From positions 1-53,766 of the forward strand of contig JAMORG010000001.1 of NCBI GenBank assembly GCA_027063745.1: a stretch of 53,766 nucleotides of DNA, given 5' to 3'. The notes under the pieces were generated by a model. It did not search any database, had not been told where the DNA came from, and was given only the letters and a program-made list of their open reading frames with translations. Each line of letters begins with the position of its first letter. The first letter of the stretch is position 1. Source of the DNA: Sulfurimonas sp. (lineage in GTDB: Bacteria; Campylobacterota; Campylobacteria; Campylobacterales; Sulfurimonadaceae). The translations under genes and the position numbers were made by a program. Positions 36,279 through 45,932 of the stretch are shown one piece after another.

Positions 36279-37378
36279 ATGAAGCGACAATGGCTCCTCA
36301 GGAACAAAACAAAAAAAAGCTCGATATCAAAAAACTTCTCAAGAGTGTTTTGGCATTTGAGTCATCTGACTTACACCTTGTAGTAGGGAGTGAGCCACAG
36401 ATCAGAATAGACAAAGAGCTTCGTCCTCTTAATCTTCCTGTACTTGATGCACAGGAAGTTGAAGAGATGGCGTACTCTCTTATAGAAGATAAACAAAAGA
36501 AGGTCTTTGAAGAAGAGAATGAACTCGACTTTTCATTTGAGCTTCAAGGCATTGGACGTTTTCGTGCCAACTATTACAGAACCATTCATGGAATTGGCTG
36601 TGCCTTTCGTATGATTCCTATTGATGTTCCTACGCTTGACGAGTATGGAAATCCTCCTATTTTTAAAGAGCTTGTCAAAAAAGAAAAAGGGCTTATCTTA
36701 GTTACTGGTCCGACAGGTTCTGGTAAATCAACTACACTTGCATCGATGCTCCATGAGATCAACCTCACAGAACGTCGTCATATCATCACCATTGAAGATC
36801 CTGTTGAGTTTGTACATAAAAATATAAAATCACTCTTCTCGCAGCGTGATGTTGGCAGCAATACAAAATCATTTGCAACTGCATTGAAGTATTCACTCCG
36901 TCAAGATCCCGATGTTATTCTCATTGGGGAGATGCGTGATGCTGAAACTATTGGTGCAGCACTGACAGCAGCAGAGACAGGTCACCTTGTTTTTGCAACA
37001 CTTCACACCAACTCTGCGCCAAGTACCATCAACCGTATTATCGATGTATTTAACGGGGATGAACAACCACAGATTCGTGCACAGCTTGCATCATCACTTG
37101 TAGCTGTTATTTCTCAGACTCTTATTCCTCGTTTAGGTGGTGGAAAAATTGCAACGCAAGAGATTTTAATAACAAATCCGGCTATTCAAAACCAGATACG
37201 TGAAGATAAAGTACACCAGATCTATTCACAAATGCAGCTAAACCAACAAGAGACACATATGACAACACAAACGCAACAACTCCTTGAACTCTTAGAGAAA
37301 AATCTTATTTCAAAAGAGAATGCTATTAAAAACTCTAACCGACCAGAAGAGCTTATAAAAATTCTTGATGCGCTTTAG
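36275..37378 (+). CDS. pilT: Type IV pilus retraction ATPase
   Basis: SDLHL, GPTGSGKSTT, TIEDPVE, RQDPDVILIGEMRD, TLHTNSA, AIQNQIRE. Confidence 0.92.
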   Translation: MNEATMAPQEQNKKKLDIKKLLKSVLAFESSDLHLVVGSEPQIRIDKELRPLNLPVLDAQEVEEMAYSLIEDKQKKVFEEENELDFSFELQGIGRFRANYYRTIHGIGCAFRMIPIDVPTLDEYGNPPIFKELVKKEKGLILVTGPTGSGKSTTLASMLHEINLTERRHIITIEDPVEFVHKNIKSLFSQRDVGSNTKSFATALKYSLRQDPDVILIGEMRDAETIGAALTAAETGHLVFATLHTNSAPSTINRIIDVFNGDEQPQIRAQLASSLVAVISQTLIPRLGGGKIATQEILITNPAIQNQIREDKVHQIYSQMQLNQQETHMTTQTQQLLELLEKNLISKENAIKNSNRPEELIKILDAL

Positions 37379-38385
37379 GAATTTTTCCTAAAACGTATCA
37401 TCTTAAAACGCTCGCCTAAGAAGTTTGGCATAATGAGGATTTTTGCCTTTTCGAGTTCTTGTTGGTAGATCTTCTCATCTGCTTTCTCTCTTAGCATCTC
37501 TAGAAGCTCTAAAAGCCCCATATCAACAAGGGCAACCATTTGTGCTTTCAACTCCACAAACTCCACCCCTGCCTCTTCATAGGCATCTTTTACATGTGCA
37601 AAGGTTACATCATAGGTAATATCACTCTTTTTAAAAAGTTGCTCACGCGGAATGTAATCCTCTTCATCTTCTGGTAGAAAAAACGGCAGTACTTTGTGTT
37701 TTGTGTAGATTCGCAGTGAAAAATCAGGGCGTGCCTGCATCTCACCATAGTCAAAGCTCATAAACTCAAACTGCTTTGCAGCCCCGGCCATCTCACGCGC
37801 AAATTGCTCATAGCCTACAGCTATCTCACCTCTGTCTTTATGGTACTTTTTGGCTTTTTCATCTACCCACGAATCATCAAAATTAAATTCTACATTGTGA
37901 TTCTCTACAGTAGCCGTTTTACCTTTGTAATAAAGCTCACATGGAAATGCGTCAAATATCTCATTTGCAATGAAAAAGACACTCTGCTCACTCATTTCAG
38001 AGAGTGATTTATAGTGCGTGAGCGTAACAACATCTCCAAAACTCTCCCTAAAATACTTTCTTTGTTGCTCTTGCAAATCATCAAAACGTTCTACTATGGC
38101 AAAATTCAAAGAGCTGAGTAATTCAGGTCTTAAAGTGTAAAGAAATTCACACACATCTGCCAAAAAATAGCCATGGTGTGCACCTATTTCACAAACAACA
38201 CCATCTTTGGCCAAAAAGCCCTCATCTACCAAAGATATGATATGCTTGGCAACAGTGCCGCCAAAGAACTTACTCGTACTTACAGCAGTGTAAAAATCTC
38301 CGCTTTTTCCTATATTCTTATAAGTCGCATAGTAGCCATCTTCACCATAGAGCCACTCTGTCATATATTCACTAAAACGCATCAT
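37375..38385 (-). CDS. SAM-dependent methyltransferase, MidA/NDUFAF7 family
   Basis: FSEYM...GYY...IGKSGDFYTA, EIGA, ANEIFDAFP, FDYG, DITYDV. Confidence 0.9.
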   Translation of the reverse strand: MMRFSEYMTEWLYGEDGYYATYKNIGKSGDFYTAVSTSKFFGGTVAKHIISLVDEGFLAKDGVVCEIGAHHGYFLADVCEFLYTLRPELLSSLNFAIVERFDDLQEQQRKYFRESFGDVVTLTHYKSLSEMSEQSVFFIANEIFDAFPCELYYKGKTATVENHNVEFNFDDSWVDEKAKKYHKDRGEIAVGYEQFAREMAGAAKQFEFMSFDYGEMQARPDFSLRIYTKHKVLPFFLPEDEEDYIPREQLFKKSDITYDVTFAHVKDAYEEAGVEFVELKAQMVALVDMGLLELLEMLREKADEKIYQQELEKAKILIMPNFLGERFKMIRFRKNS

Positions 38386-39629
38386 TATTTACTTTTACCT
38401 TCCACATTTGCCTTCATATACATCTCATAGAGTGTAAGAAGCTCAAGTTGTTTATCTATATCATATATCTTTGTATCGAGCTCTTGAATTTTAAGAGAGT
38501 TTTTGAGTGTATTTACATCGTATTCTGTCTTATAGCCTGCTTCATAGAGCTCCTCTGTATCACTGAGAAGCTTTTCATAAAGCTTCATATTTTTATGACT
38601 GAGCGCTATCTTCTTCTCATAGTTTTTGATATTTTGCATAACCTGCACAAAAAGAGCTTCAAGTTCACGCTTCTTATCTAAAAGCAGTACTTTTGACTTG
38701 AGATAATCCACTTTTGCAGATTCTATGTCACGAAACGTATTGAGATCCAAAGGCATAGAAACAGAAAGACCATAGCTATAGTATGCGTTCTCCTCAGAGT
38801 TTGGTGGAAATGTTGCGCTAAACTGCTGGTTATCTTTTTTATTCCAGTTATACGAGGCATTAAAGCTTACATTTGGCAGATACGATGCCACTTTGACATT
38901 TTTTGCATAGCGATTCTTCTCAACTGTCACATCACTGAGTTTAAGTGCTATATTGTTTTGTAAAAACTCATCTTGGCTGATGAGCTCCAGATGTGGCAAC
39001 TTCACTGTTTTATAATCAAGGTCACTCAAAGAAGCAAATTTAGCAATGAGTTTCTCTTTTGTAGTCTCAATATCATACATTGTCTGAGTGACAATGTTTT
39101 TTTGAATAATGGCATTATCCAAAAAACCAGAATCAAGCCTGCCGCTGAGATACTCCTCTTTTTTCTGCTCAAGATTTATCTCTGCATTGGCAATCTGTAA
39201 CTCTTGCTTATGCTCACGCAGCTCATACTGTTTTATCTGAAACAGTGTTGCAATGGTGTCTTTTATCATCTTCCGTTTGAGACTATCTGTAGTGTAGTCG
39301 CTAAAGAGTCTGCTTGCCCCTGCGAACTTGATACCATAGTATATACCACCACTTCGAAAGATAGGCTGGTTCATGCGAACAGAAGCATTCTCACTTATCT
39401 GTTCACCAATGTAGGGATTGCTCCTGCTGTAGGAGTAGTTCAGTTGAACAGGTGCTATCCATGAATCACGCAGTTTAAGTGCTTCTTGCTCATTTTTTTG
39501 ATAATCATACAAAAACTCTTTTTGCTTGTAATCAGATATATAAGCATCATACTTGAGGTTTTGCTCATTAGCTAGCAGATAGGAGCTAGAGAGTAGCCAT
39601 GGCACTATTAAGAGCTTTGAAGCCTTCAT
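38385..39629 (-). CDS. TolC family outer membrane protein
   Basis: Signal peptide; YLPNVSFNASY and GLSVSMPLD beta segments; LYEAGYKT helical repeats; start overlaps the argD 3' end. Confidence 0.82.
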   Translation of the reverse strand: MKASKLLIVPWLLSSSYLLANEQNLKYDAYISDYKQKEFLYDYQKNEQEALKLRDSWIAPVQLNYSYSRSNPYIGEQISENASVRMNQPIFRSGGIYYGIKFAGASRLFSDYTTDSLKRKMIKDTIATLFQIKQYELREHKQELQIANAEINLEQKKEEYLSGRLDSGFLDNAIIQKNIVTQTMYDIETTKEKLIAKFASLSDLDYKTVKLPHLELISQDEFLQNNIALKLSDVTVEKNRYAKNVKVASYLPNVSFNASYNWNKKDNQQFSATFPPNSEENAYYSYGLSVSMPLDLNTFRDIESAKVDYLKSKVLLLDKKRELEALFVQVMQNIKNYEKKIALSHKNMKLYEKLLSDTEELYEAGYKTEYDVNTLKNSLKIQELDTKIYDIDKQLELLTLYEMYMKANVEGKSK

Positions 39630-40767
39630 CAATTTCCTCTTTTGTAATTGTCAGTGGCGGTAAAAAGCGAAGTGTATTACGACCGGCTTTAAGGACCATT
39701 ACTCCATGCTCACGCGCTGCATTGATGATATTTGTCAATGTGTCAGCATCTTTTACACGCAGTCCACACATCATACCAAAACCAACCTTTTTTGTAAAAG
39801 TATCAGGGTATTTTTTAGCAAACTCTTCAAGAGCTTTGTTAAACATCAGTGATGTTATCTCCAAATCACCACTCTCTTTAAGCTCACGCAAGATATCAAC
39901 CACTTCACACACCGCACGAGATGAGAGATAGTTTCCACCAAAAGTAGAACCGTGATCTCCCGCGGAGAGTACTTCTTTGAGCGTTGTCATAACAATACCT
40001 ACTGGCACACCGCCACCGACACCTTTTGCAAGTGTGATGATCTCAGGCTCAATTTCATATGCTTGACTTGCCGTAAACTCACCGACACGATAGGCTCCGG
40101 TTTGTACCTCGTCAACAATGAGCGGAATCTCTTTTTCTTTAAGCAGTTTTGCAAGTTTTTGTACTTTTTCTTTATCTTGCGGTTCTACACCACCCTCACC
40201 TTGAATGAGCTCTATCATAACAGCTGCTGTATGGTCATCTAACATTCCCTCTATCTCATCAATGCCGTCAGCATAGACAAAACCATCGGGAAACGGTCCA
40301 AAGTAGTTATGCATAGACTCCTGCCCTGTCGCTTTTACCGTTGTAATGGTACGACCGTGAAAAGAGTGGTTGAGTGTGATGATCTTGTAACGTTTTATCT
40401 CTCCATCACGCTCACCATGCTTTCTTGCTATCTTGATAGCTCCCTCATTTGCTTCAGCACCTGAGTTTGCAAAGAAGCAGGCCATATCATAACCACTCAC
40501 TTCTACTACCTTTTGTGCAGCCTCAGCCTGTGGAGCAATGTAGTAGAGGTTTGAGATATGCGTGATGGCATGTACCTGCTCACACAAAGCATCTGCAACT
40601 CGTTTGTTGGCATGCCCTACAGAGACCACACCGATACCCGAAGTAAAGTCGATATACTTTTTGCCATTAACATCAAAAAGCGTTGCATTCTCTCCACGAA
40701 CGAACTCTACATCAGCACGAGCGTATGTAGGTAAAATATATTTTTTATCTTTTTCTTTTATAGTCAT
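39586..40767 (-). CDS. argD: Acetylornithine aminotransferase (class III)
   Basis: NSGAEANE, SFHGRT, ELIQGEGG, DEVQTG, TLAKG, HGSTFGGN, LRFLPPL. Confidence 0.9.
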   Translation of the reverse strand: MTIKEKDKKYILPTYARADVEFVRGENATLFDVNGKKYIDFTSGIGVVSVGHANKRVADALCEQVHAITHISNLYYIAPQAEAAQKVVEVSGYDMACFFANSGAEANEGAIKIARKHGERDGEIKRYKIITLNHSFHGRTITTVKATGQESMHNYFGPFPDGFVYADGIDEIEGMLDDHTAAVMIELIQGEGGVEPQDKEKVQKLAKLLKEKEIPLIVDEVQTGAYRVGEFTASQAYEIEPEIITLAKGVGGGVPVGIVMTTLKEVLSAGDHGSTFGGNYLSSRAVCEVVDILRELKESGDLEITSLMFNKALEEFAKKYPDTFTKKVGFGMMCGLRVKDADTLTNIINAAREHGVMVLKAGRNTLRFLPPLTITKEEIDEGFKALNSAMATL

Positions 40768-40779
40768 TGTTAAACCTTC

Positions 40780-42528
40780 TTAAATTACTTTTGTAATTCT
40801 GACAAAATTCTCCTGAAAAATAGCACTTTTTCCTTCATAAGAGTGTTTTGATGTTGTCAGTTTGTTTACACCCGGTGCACCACTGTGAATAAGAACACAA
40901 TCCTCACGCAAATCATTGTTGATACGTACTTCAAACTCAGCCTCACCACTTCCTGACGTTGCTATGACTCTATCTCCATCTTTAAGCTGTGACTTGGATG
41001 AGATGTAAAGATAGGGATCCCTGTCAAACTGAGAGTTCAGTGATGTAGCAGCTTTTGGAGTGATAAGATAGAATTCACCCTCCTCTACTTTTTGTGGTGC
41101 TTCAAACTCCTCTAAAAATAAAAACTCTCCATCATCCGTATCAAAGCCCTCTTTATAAGGTACTGCTTCACGATGTTCAACTTCAAAAGAACCATCTATC
41201 TTGACAATACCATGATTTTTAATATGCTGAAGATACTCTGCTTCACTTTTGAGTTCTAAGTTATAACTATCTGCTAAAAATGCAGCCAAATCATACTCAC
41301 TTATTCCAATATCACTCTCTACTTGCTTGTTCATCACCATCATACCATGATGAGAATATGATGTACGAATATCATTTTTTTCCAAGAATGTCTTTGCAGG
41401 GATGACCAAGTCTGCTGCTGCACTTGTCTCATTTTCATAAAGCCCAAAGTAAACAAGGTTCTCAACATGCTCAATGGAGTCGAGTACACGAGTAGTATCT
41501 GGCATTTGTGCAAGTGGATTTGCCCCCTGAACTACTACTGTTTTAAATTCATCAAACGGTGTATTTACTTTAGAGACCTTTTTAGCTTTTTTTGTATCAA
41601 AAGGTGGCTCGATAGCCTCTTGCGAATTTCCAAGATATGCTACACCGCTTCCCTCTTTTCCAAACAGTCCAAGACCCACAGCCAAGGCATCAATGGCGCG
41701 CATAACATCAGCACCATCTCTATACTTTTGAATCCCAACACCACAGACAATTGCAGTCTTTTTACCTATCACATGATATAAAAAGTCACCAATTTGTCCA
41801 AGACTCATACCAATATCTTCTAATATAGCCTTAATACGAATAGTCTGCGTGAGCTCATAATAGTCTTGAAACTCACTTGCATACTCTTCTAAAAAAGAGT
41901 CATCACAGGAATCTTCTATATGTAAAAAACGGTATAGAAGCATTGCCAAAAAGATATCTGTATGCGGTTTTATCTGTATATGCAAATCCGCCATTTTGGC
42001 TATCTTTGTTTTTACAGGATCGACAACAATTATAGTCTTGTCTTTTATGAGTGGCAGTAGGTGTGAAGATGTCACGTGAGGGTTACGCCCCCAAAAAACA
42101 ATCACCTCAGACTTTGCAATCTCTGAGAGTGGCATATTTTTATTACTTCCACGTCCTTCTACTATTCCGGCTTCTCCTGCACCATCACAGAGTGATCCCT
42201 CTGTCAGGTATGCACCCATCTGAGCGAAAATATGCTCACTAACTCCCTGCATCAGTCCAAAGTTTCCACTGCCACGATAGAGCAGCGTCTCACTTTTTAG
42301 ATTTGCATCAAGCATCTCTTTAAGCTTAGCAAGTGCTTCATCCATAGAGATCTCTTGACCTTTATAACGAGGAGTCGTGATGCGTTTGTGAGCATCATAG
42401 TGGTTTAAATGAGGACATAAAAAACCTTGTGTATGTCCATCTTTCAATGGTTTTAGTTTTCCTTCATCATAAACAATACCACAAGCATCATAACAATCAA
42501 GCGGACATGCCGTCAAACTACTTTTCAT
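40780..42528 (-). CDS. Molybdopterin-dependent oxidoreductase of unknown substrate
   Basis: CPLDCYDAC...C Fe-S motif, WGRNP, VVDP, ADLHIQIKPHTD, ADLVIPA; no Tat signal. Start moved to ATG 42528. Confidence 0.88.
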   Translation of the reverse strand: MKSSLTACPLDCYDACGIVYDEGKLKPLKDGHTQGFLCPHLNHYDAHKRITTPRYKGQEISMDEALAKLKEMLDANLKSETLLYRGSGNFGLMQGVSEHIFAQMGAYLTEGSLCDGAGEAGIVEGRGSNKNMPLSEIAKSEVIVFWGRNPHVTSSHLLPLIKDKTIIVVDPVKTKIAKMADLHIQIKPHTDIFLAMLLYRFLHIEDSCDDSFLEEYASEFQDYYELTQTIRIKAILEDIGMSLGQIGDFLYHVIGKKTAIVCGVGIQKYRDGADVMRAIDALAVGLGLFGKEGSGVAYLGNSQEAIEPPFDTKKAKKVSKVNTPFDEFKTVVVQGANPLAQMPDTTRVLDSIEHVENLVYFGLYENETSAAADLVIPAKTFLEKNDIRTSYSHHGMMVMNKQVESDIGISEYDLAAFLADSYNLELKSEAEYLQHIKNHGIVKIDGSFEVEHREAVPYKEGFDTDDGEFLFLEEFEAPQKVEEGEFYLITPKAATSLNSQFDRDPYLYISSKSQLKDGDRVIATSGSGEAEFEVRINNDLREDCVLIHSGAPGVNKLTTSKHSYEGKSAIFQENFVRITKVI

Positions 42529-42541
42529 CTCTTTAACTTCC

Positions 42542-43333
42542 TTATTTAAGTTCAATTTTTACAAGTTTAGAAAAAACTTTTGGTGCTTTTATAACAATCT
42601 GTGCCTTATATTTTGAGATATTTTTTGTATCTGCTATTGGCACGACTCTTTGCACTTTGTAGTTGGTTTTTTTATCATCAATATAGATACTTCTTTTATC
42701 AAGATTTTCTAAATCTTCATCATCTATGTAGATAGTCAAAAGTGCCTTTGAAGTATCTGCAACAGTTGCCAATGGTGTTGCAACACCAACTACCTGCCCG
42801 GGCTTTACATCTAAAGAGTAAAGAACAAAACCTTTAGCACGTACTTTTTTATCACGAAGATTCTTTAAAAGCTGCTTCTTTCGAAACTCCAAATCAGCAA
42901 TATTTATTTTGAGATTATTAACTTCTTTTTGTGTATTGATAAAACTGTTCTCACTGCTAATGAGATTATAATATTCATTGTCTTTTTCTATTTTAGATTT
43001 TATTTTTAAAGCTTTTACTCGTTCATAGTTTTTACGCTTGAGCTCAAGTGTCTTTTCTAGATTTTTTAAAATTTTTTCATTACTTTTTAAAGTCTCTTTT
43101 GTAAAACGCAACTTTTTGTCGATATCCACAAGTTCATCTTTGTCCAACTCGGAATCAATGATTATATAAGGTTTTTGTGTAAGTTTTTTTCCAAGCATAT
43201 TTTCATCAATAAAAAGAATTTCACCTGTAACATTAGAAGATATCTTTCTAAGTTCATAAGGCTCTACTTTCGCAAAATATACATTTGCAAAAAGAGACAT
43301 ACTAAAAAGAGATAAAAGAAGTACTGTTTTCAT
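42542..43333 (-). CDS. HlyD-like periplasmic adaptor (membrane fusion protein)
   Basis: Signal peptide, ISSNVTGEI, long coiled coil, VKPGQVV...PLATVAD. Confidence 0.78.
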   Translation of the reverse strand: MKTVLLLSLFSMSLFANVYFAKVEPYELRKISSNVTGEILFIDENMLGKKLTQKPYIIIDSELDKDELVDIDKKLRFTKETLKSNEKILKNLEKTLELKRKNYERVKALKIKSKIEKDNEYYNLISSENSFINTQKEVNNLKINIADLEFRKKQLLKNLRDKKVRAKGFVLYSLDVKPGQVVGVATPLATVADTSKALLTIYIDDEDLENLDKRSIYIDDKKTNYKVQRVVPIADTKNISKYKAQIVIKAPKVFSKLVKIELK

Positions 43334-43444
43334 AAAAAACCTTTAAAATAAATAGGCACATTTTAACATTTCATTATTAACATTCAAGCATCTTTCATTT
43401 TATTTCTGGTACTATTAAGACATATTTAATTAAAGGGTCTTTTC

Positions 43445-44407
43445 ATGTCTGTTTTAGATAATGTCGATGCAGCTACTAATCTGGCAAAAAACAATGAATT
43501 GCAACTTCTGGTTTTTCGCGTAAGTGAAAAAGAAGATTCTGCTTACTATGCCATAAATGTTTTTAAAACAAGAGAGGTTGTTGAAGCAAAAAATCATTTT
43601 CTAACACAGCTTCCCTCTCCTCATCCTCTCTTGGAAGGTACAATCATTTTACGTGGTATGCAGATTCCCATACTCAACCTTCCCAAATGGCTTGGGGTAC
43701 ATTTAAATTCAGATGAAGTCAGCCATTCAAGACTACTTATCTGTGACTTTAACGGAATCATTATCGGTCTTCGTATTATGTCTGCATACAGAGTTGTCAA
43801 AAAGAACTGGAATGAGATGCATGCACCGGATAGCTACCGTTTAAAAGAAGATGGTGTAGTCATCAATGATACACGTTTAGAAGATGGCTCACTCTGTTTA
43901 ATTTTAGACTATGAAAAACTTCTTGCAGATGTCTTGCCACAAGCTCTTGTTAATGTAGATGCAGATATTGAAGCATTGCGTGATATTGATATACCAGATA
44001 AACTTCGTTATGGGACAGTCCTTATAGCAGAAGACTCAAAAACAGCACAACGGCATCTAATTCAGCTCTTTCATAAAGCAAATATAGACATGAGACTCTT
44101 TGACAATGGAAAAAAACTTATGGACTTTATTGGCTCTCTTGATGATGCACAGATTGATAAAGTTCCTGCTATAATCACAGATATTGAAATGCCTGAGATG
44201 TCAGGTTTTACTGTAGTAAAACTTCTCAAATCAAACCCGAAAACAAAAAATATTCCTATTATTGTCAACTCTTCAATGACTGGTGACAACAACAAACGTG
44301 AAGCAGAAGTACTTGGTGCTGATGGTTTCATTGACAAAACAAAAAGTCATGGTGTTATCGCTCTTATTGCGAAGATCATGAATGAAATGAACGGCGAAAA
44401 CGCATAA
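43445..44407 (+). CDS. cheV: Chemotaxis protein CheV
   Basis: CheW domain (YAINVFKTREV) plus receiver domain (AEDS, TDIEMPEMSG, NSS, K). Confidence 0.93.
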   Translation: MSVLDNVDAATNLAKNNELQLLVFRVSEKEDSAYYAINVFKTREVVEAKNHFLTQLPSPHPLLEGTIILRGMQIPILNLPKWLGVHLNSDEVSHSRLLICDFNGIIIGLRIMSAYRVVKKNWNEMHAPDSYRLKEDGVVINDTRLEDGSLCLILDYEKLLADVLPQALVNVDADIEALRDIDIPDKLRYGTVLIAEDSKTAQRHLIQLFHKANIDMRLFDNGKKLMDFIGSLDDAQIDKVPAIITDIEMPEMSGFTVVKLLKSNPKTKNIPIIVNSSMTGDNNKREAEVLGADGFIDKTKSHGVIALIAKIMNEMNGENA

Positions 44408-44409
44408 AC

Positions 44410-44436
44410 TTTCTAGTTTCTTTTAGAAGCTAGAAA
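44410..44436 (+). terminator. Hairpin after cheV
   Basis: TTTCTAGTTTC...GAAGCTAGAAA. Confidence 0.6.
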
Positions 44437-44537
44437 TCCTCATACAACACTACAAAATCCTCCAAACAGTACATAATATATACGATTAAATGAAGATAGA
44501 AAAACAGATAGAAAGTTTATTTACAAAAGAAGAAGAT

Positions 44538-44559
44538 AACGACGCATAGAAGCGTCGTT
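44538..44559 (-). terminator. Intrinsic terminator of the oad operon
   Basis: AACGACGC-atagaa-GCGTCGTT, followed on the minus strand by a pyrimidine/T-rich run. Confidence 0.7.
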
Positions 44560-44578
44560 GTAAAGAGCTTTATCTAAC

Positions 44579-45928
44579 TTATTGGAAAAGTGAGATAAGT
44601 ACACCGGCAGCAACAGCTGAACCGATAACACCCGCAACATTTGGACCCATTGCGTGCATTAGAAGCATATTTGTTCTGTCATACTCCATACCAACTTTGT
44701 TTGATACACGAGCTGCCATAGGAACCGCTGAAACACCAGCTGAACCAATCAATGGATTAATCTGTGTACCTGGGAAGAGGTTCATGATTTTTGCCATGAT
44801 AACACCTGCTGCAGTACCTACAGAGAATGCGATAATACCAAGAACCATAATGAACATAGTCTCAGGAACCAAGAACTGATCTGCTGCAAGTTTTGAACCA
44901 ACACCAAGACCTAAGAAGATCGTAGTGATGTTGATAAGTGCATTTTGAAGCGTATCATTAAGACGTTCAACAACACCTGACTCTTTTAAGAAGTTACCAA
45001 ACATAAACGCACCGATAAGTGGTGTAGACTCTGGTAATACTAAAATAGCAAGAACGAGAACCAAAATAGGGAAAACCAACTTCTCTAAACGAGACACGTG
45101 ACGAAGTGTACTCATTTTGATCTTACGCTCTGCCTCAGTTGTTAGTGCTTTCATAATCGGAGGCTGGATGATTGGAACCATCGCCATATATGAGTATGAT
45201 GCAACCGCAATAGCACCTAAAAGTTCAGGAGCAAGTTTCGTTGCGATAAAGATTGATGTCGGACCATCCGCTCCACCAATGATAGAGATCGCAGACGCTT
45301 GTTGTAGTGTAAAGTCAACAAAACCAGCTTGTGAAAGTGCAACAGCACCAACAAGTGTACCAAAGATACCAAACTGAGCAGCACCACCAAGAAGCGCTGT
45401 TTTAGGGTTAGATAGAAGTGGACCAAAGTCAGTCATCGCACCAACACCCATAAAGATGATAATAGGGAACATCTCATTTGAGAGACCCATTTGGTAGATA
45501 ACACCTAAAAATCCATGCTCACCGGCAATTCCGGCAACTGGAATGTTTGCCAAAAGTCCACCAAATGCGATTGGTAAAAGAAGTAGTGGCTCAAAACCTT
45601 TTGCAATTGCCAGCCAGAAAAGTAAGAAAGTAACCAAGATCATGATTACACGACCTGCACCTTTATGAAAATCACTCATAGGCTGACCTGTTGCACTCAT
45701 CTCGTCTGGACGAGGATTAACAAGTGCTACGATACCAGTTGACTTTAAAAAGCCTGTAATCATTTCAGAAAAAGGTTTAGACTGGTAATTTTCTTCTTTA
45801 TGTGTTTTTGATGCCTGTGGAGCATCTGCTGCTACAGTAGCAGCATGCTCTGATGCTGCTGCATTTGCAGAAAATACAAATGCAAAAAGCATCATAGAAG
45901 CAAGTAGTTTAAGTACAATATTTTTCAT
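44579..45928 (-). CDS. oadB: Sodium ion-translocating decarboxylase beta subunit
   Basis: [55 protein letters not shown]. Confidence 0.95.
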   Translation of the reverse strand: MKNIVLKLLASMMLFAFVFSANAAASEHAATVAADAPQASKTHKEENYQSKPFSEMITGFLKSTGIVALVNPRPDEMSATGQPMSDFHKGAGRVIMILVTFLLFWLAIAKGFEPLLLLPIAFGGLLANIPVAGIAGEHGFLGVIYQMGLSNEMFPIIIFMGVGAMTDFGPLLSNPKTALLGGAAQFGIFGTLVGAVALSQAGFVDFTLQQASAISIIGGADGPTSIFIATKLAPELLGAIAVASYSYMAMVPIIQPPIMKALTTEAERKIKMSTLRHVSRLEKLVFPILVLVLAILVLPESTPLIGAFMFGNFLKESGVVERLNDTLQNALINITTIFLGLGVGSKLAADQFLVPETMFIMVLGIIAFSVGTAAGVIMAKIMNLFPGTQINPLIGSAGVSAVPMAARVSNKVGMEYDRTNMLLMHAMGPNVAGVIGSAVAAGVLISLFQ

Positions 45929-45932
45929 CGGC

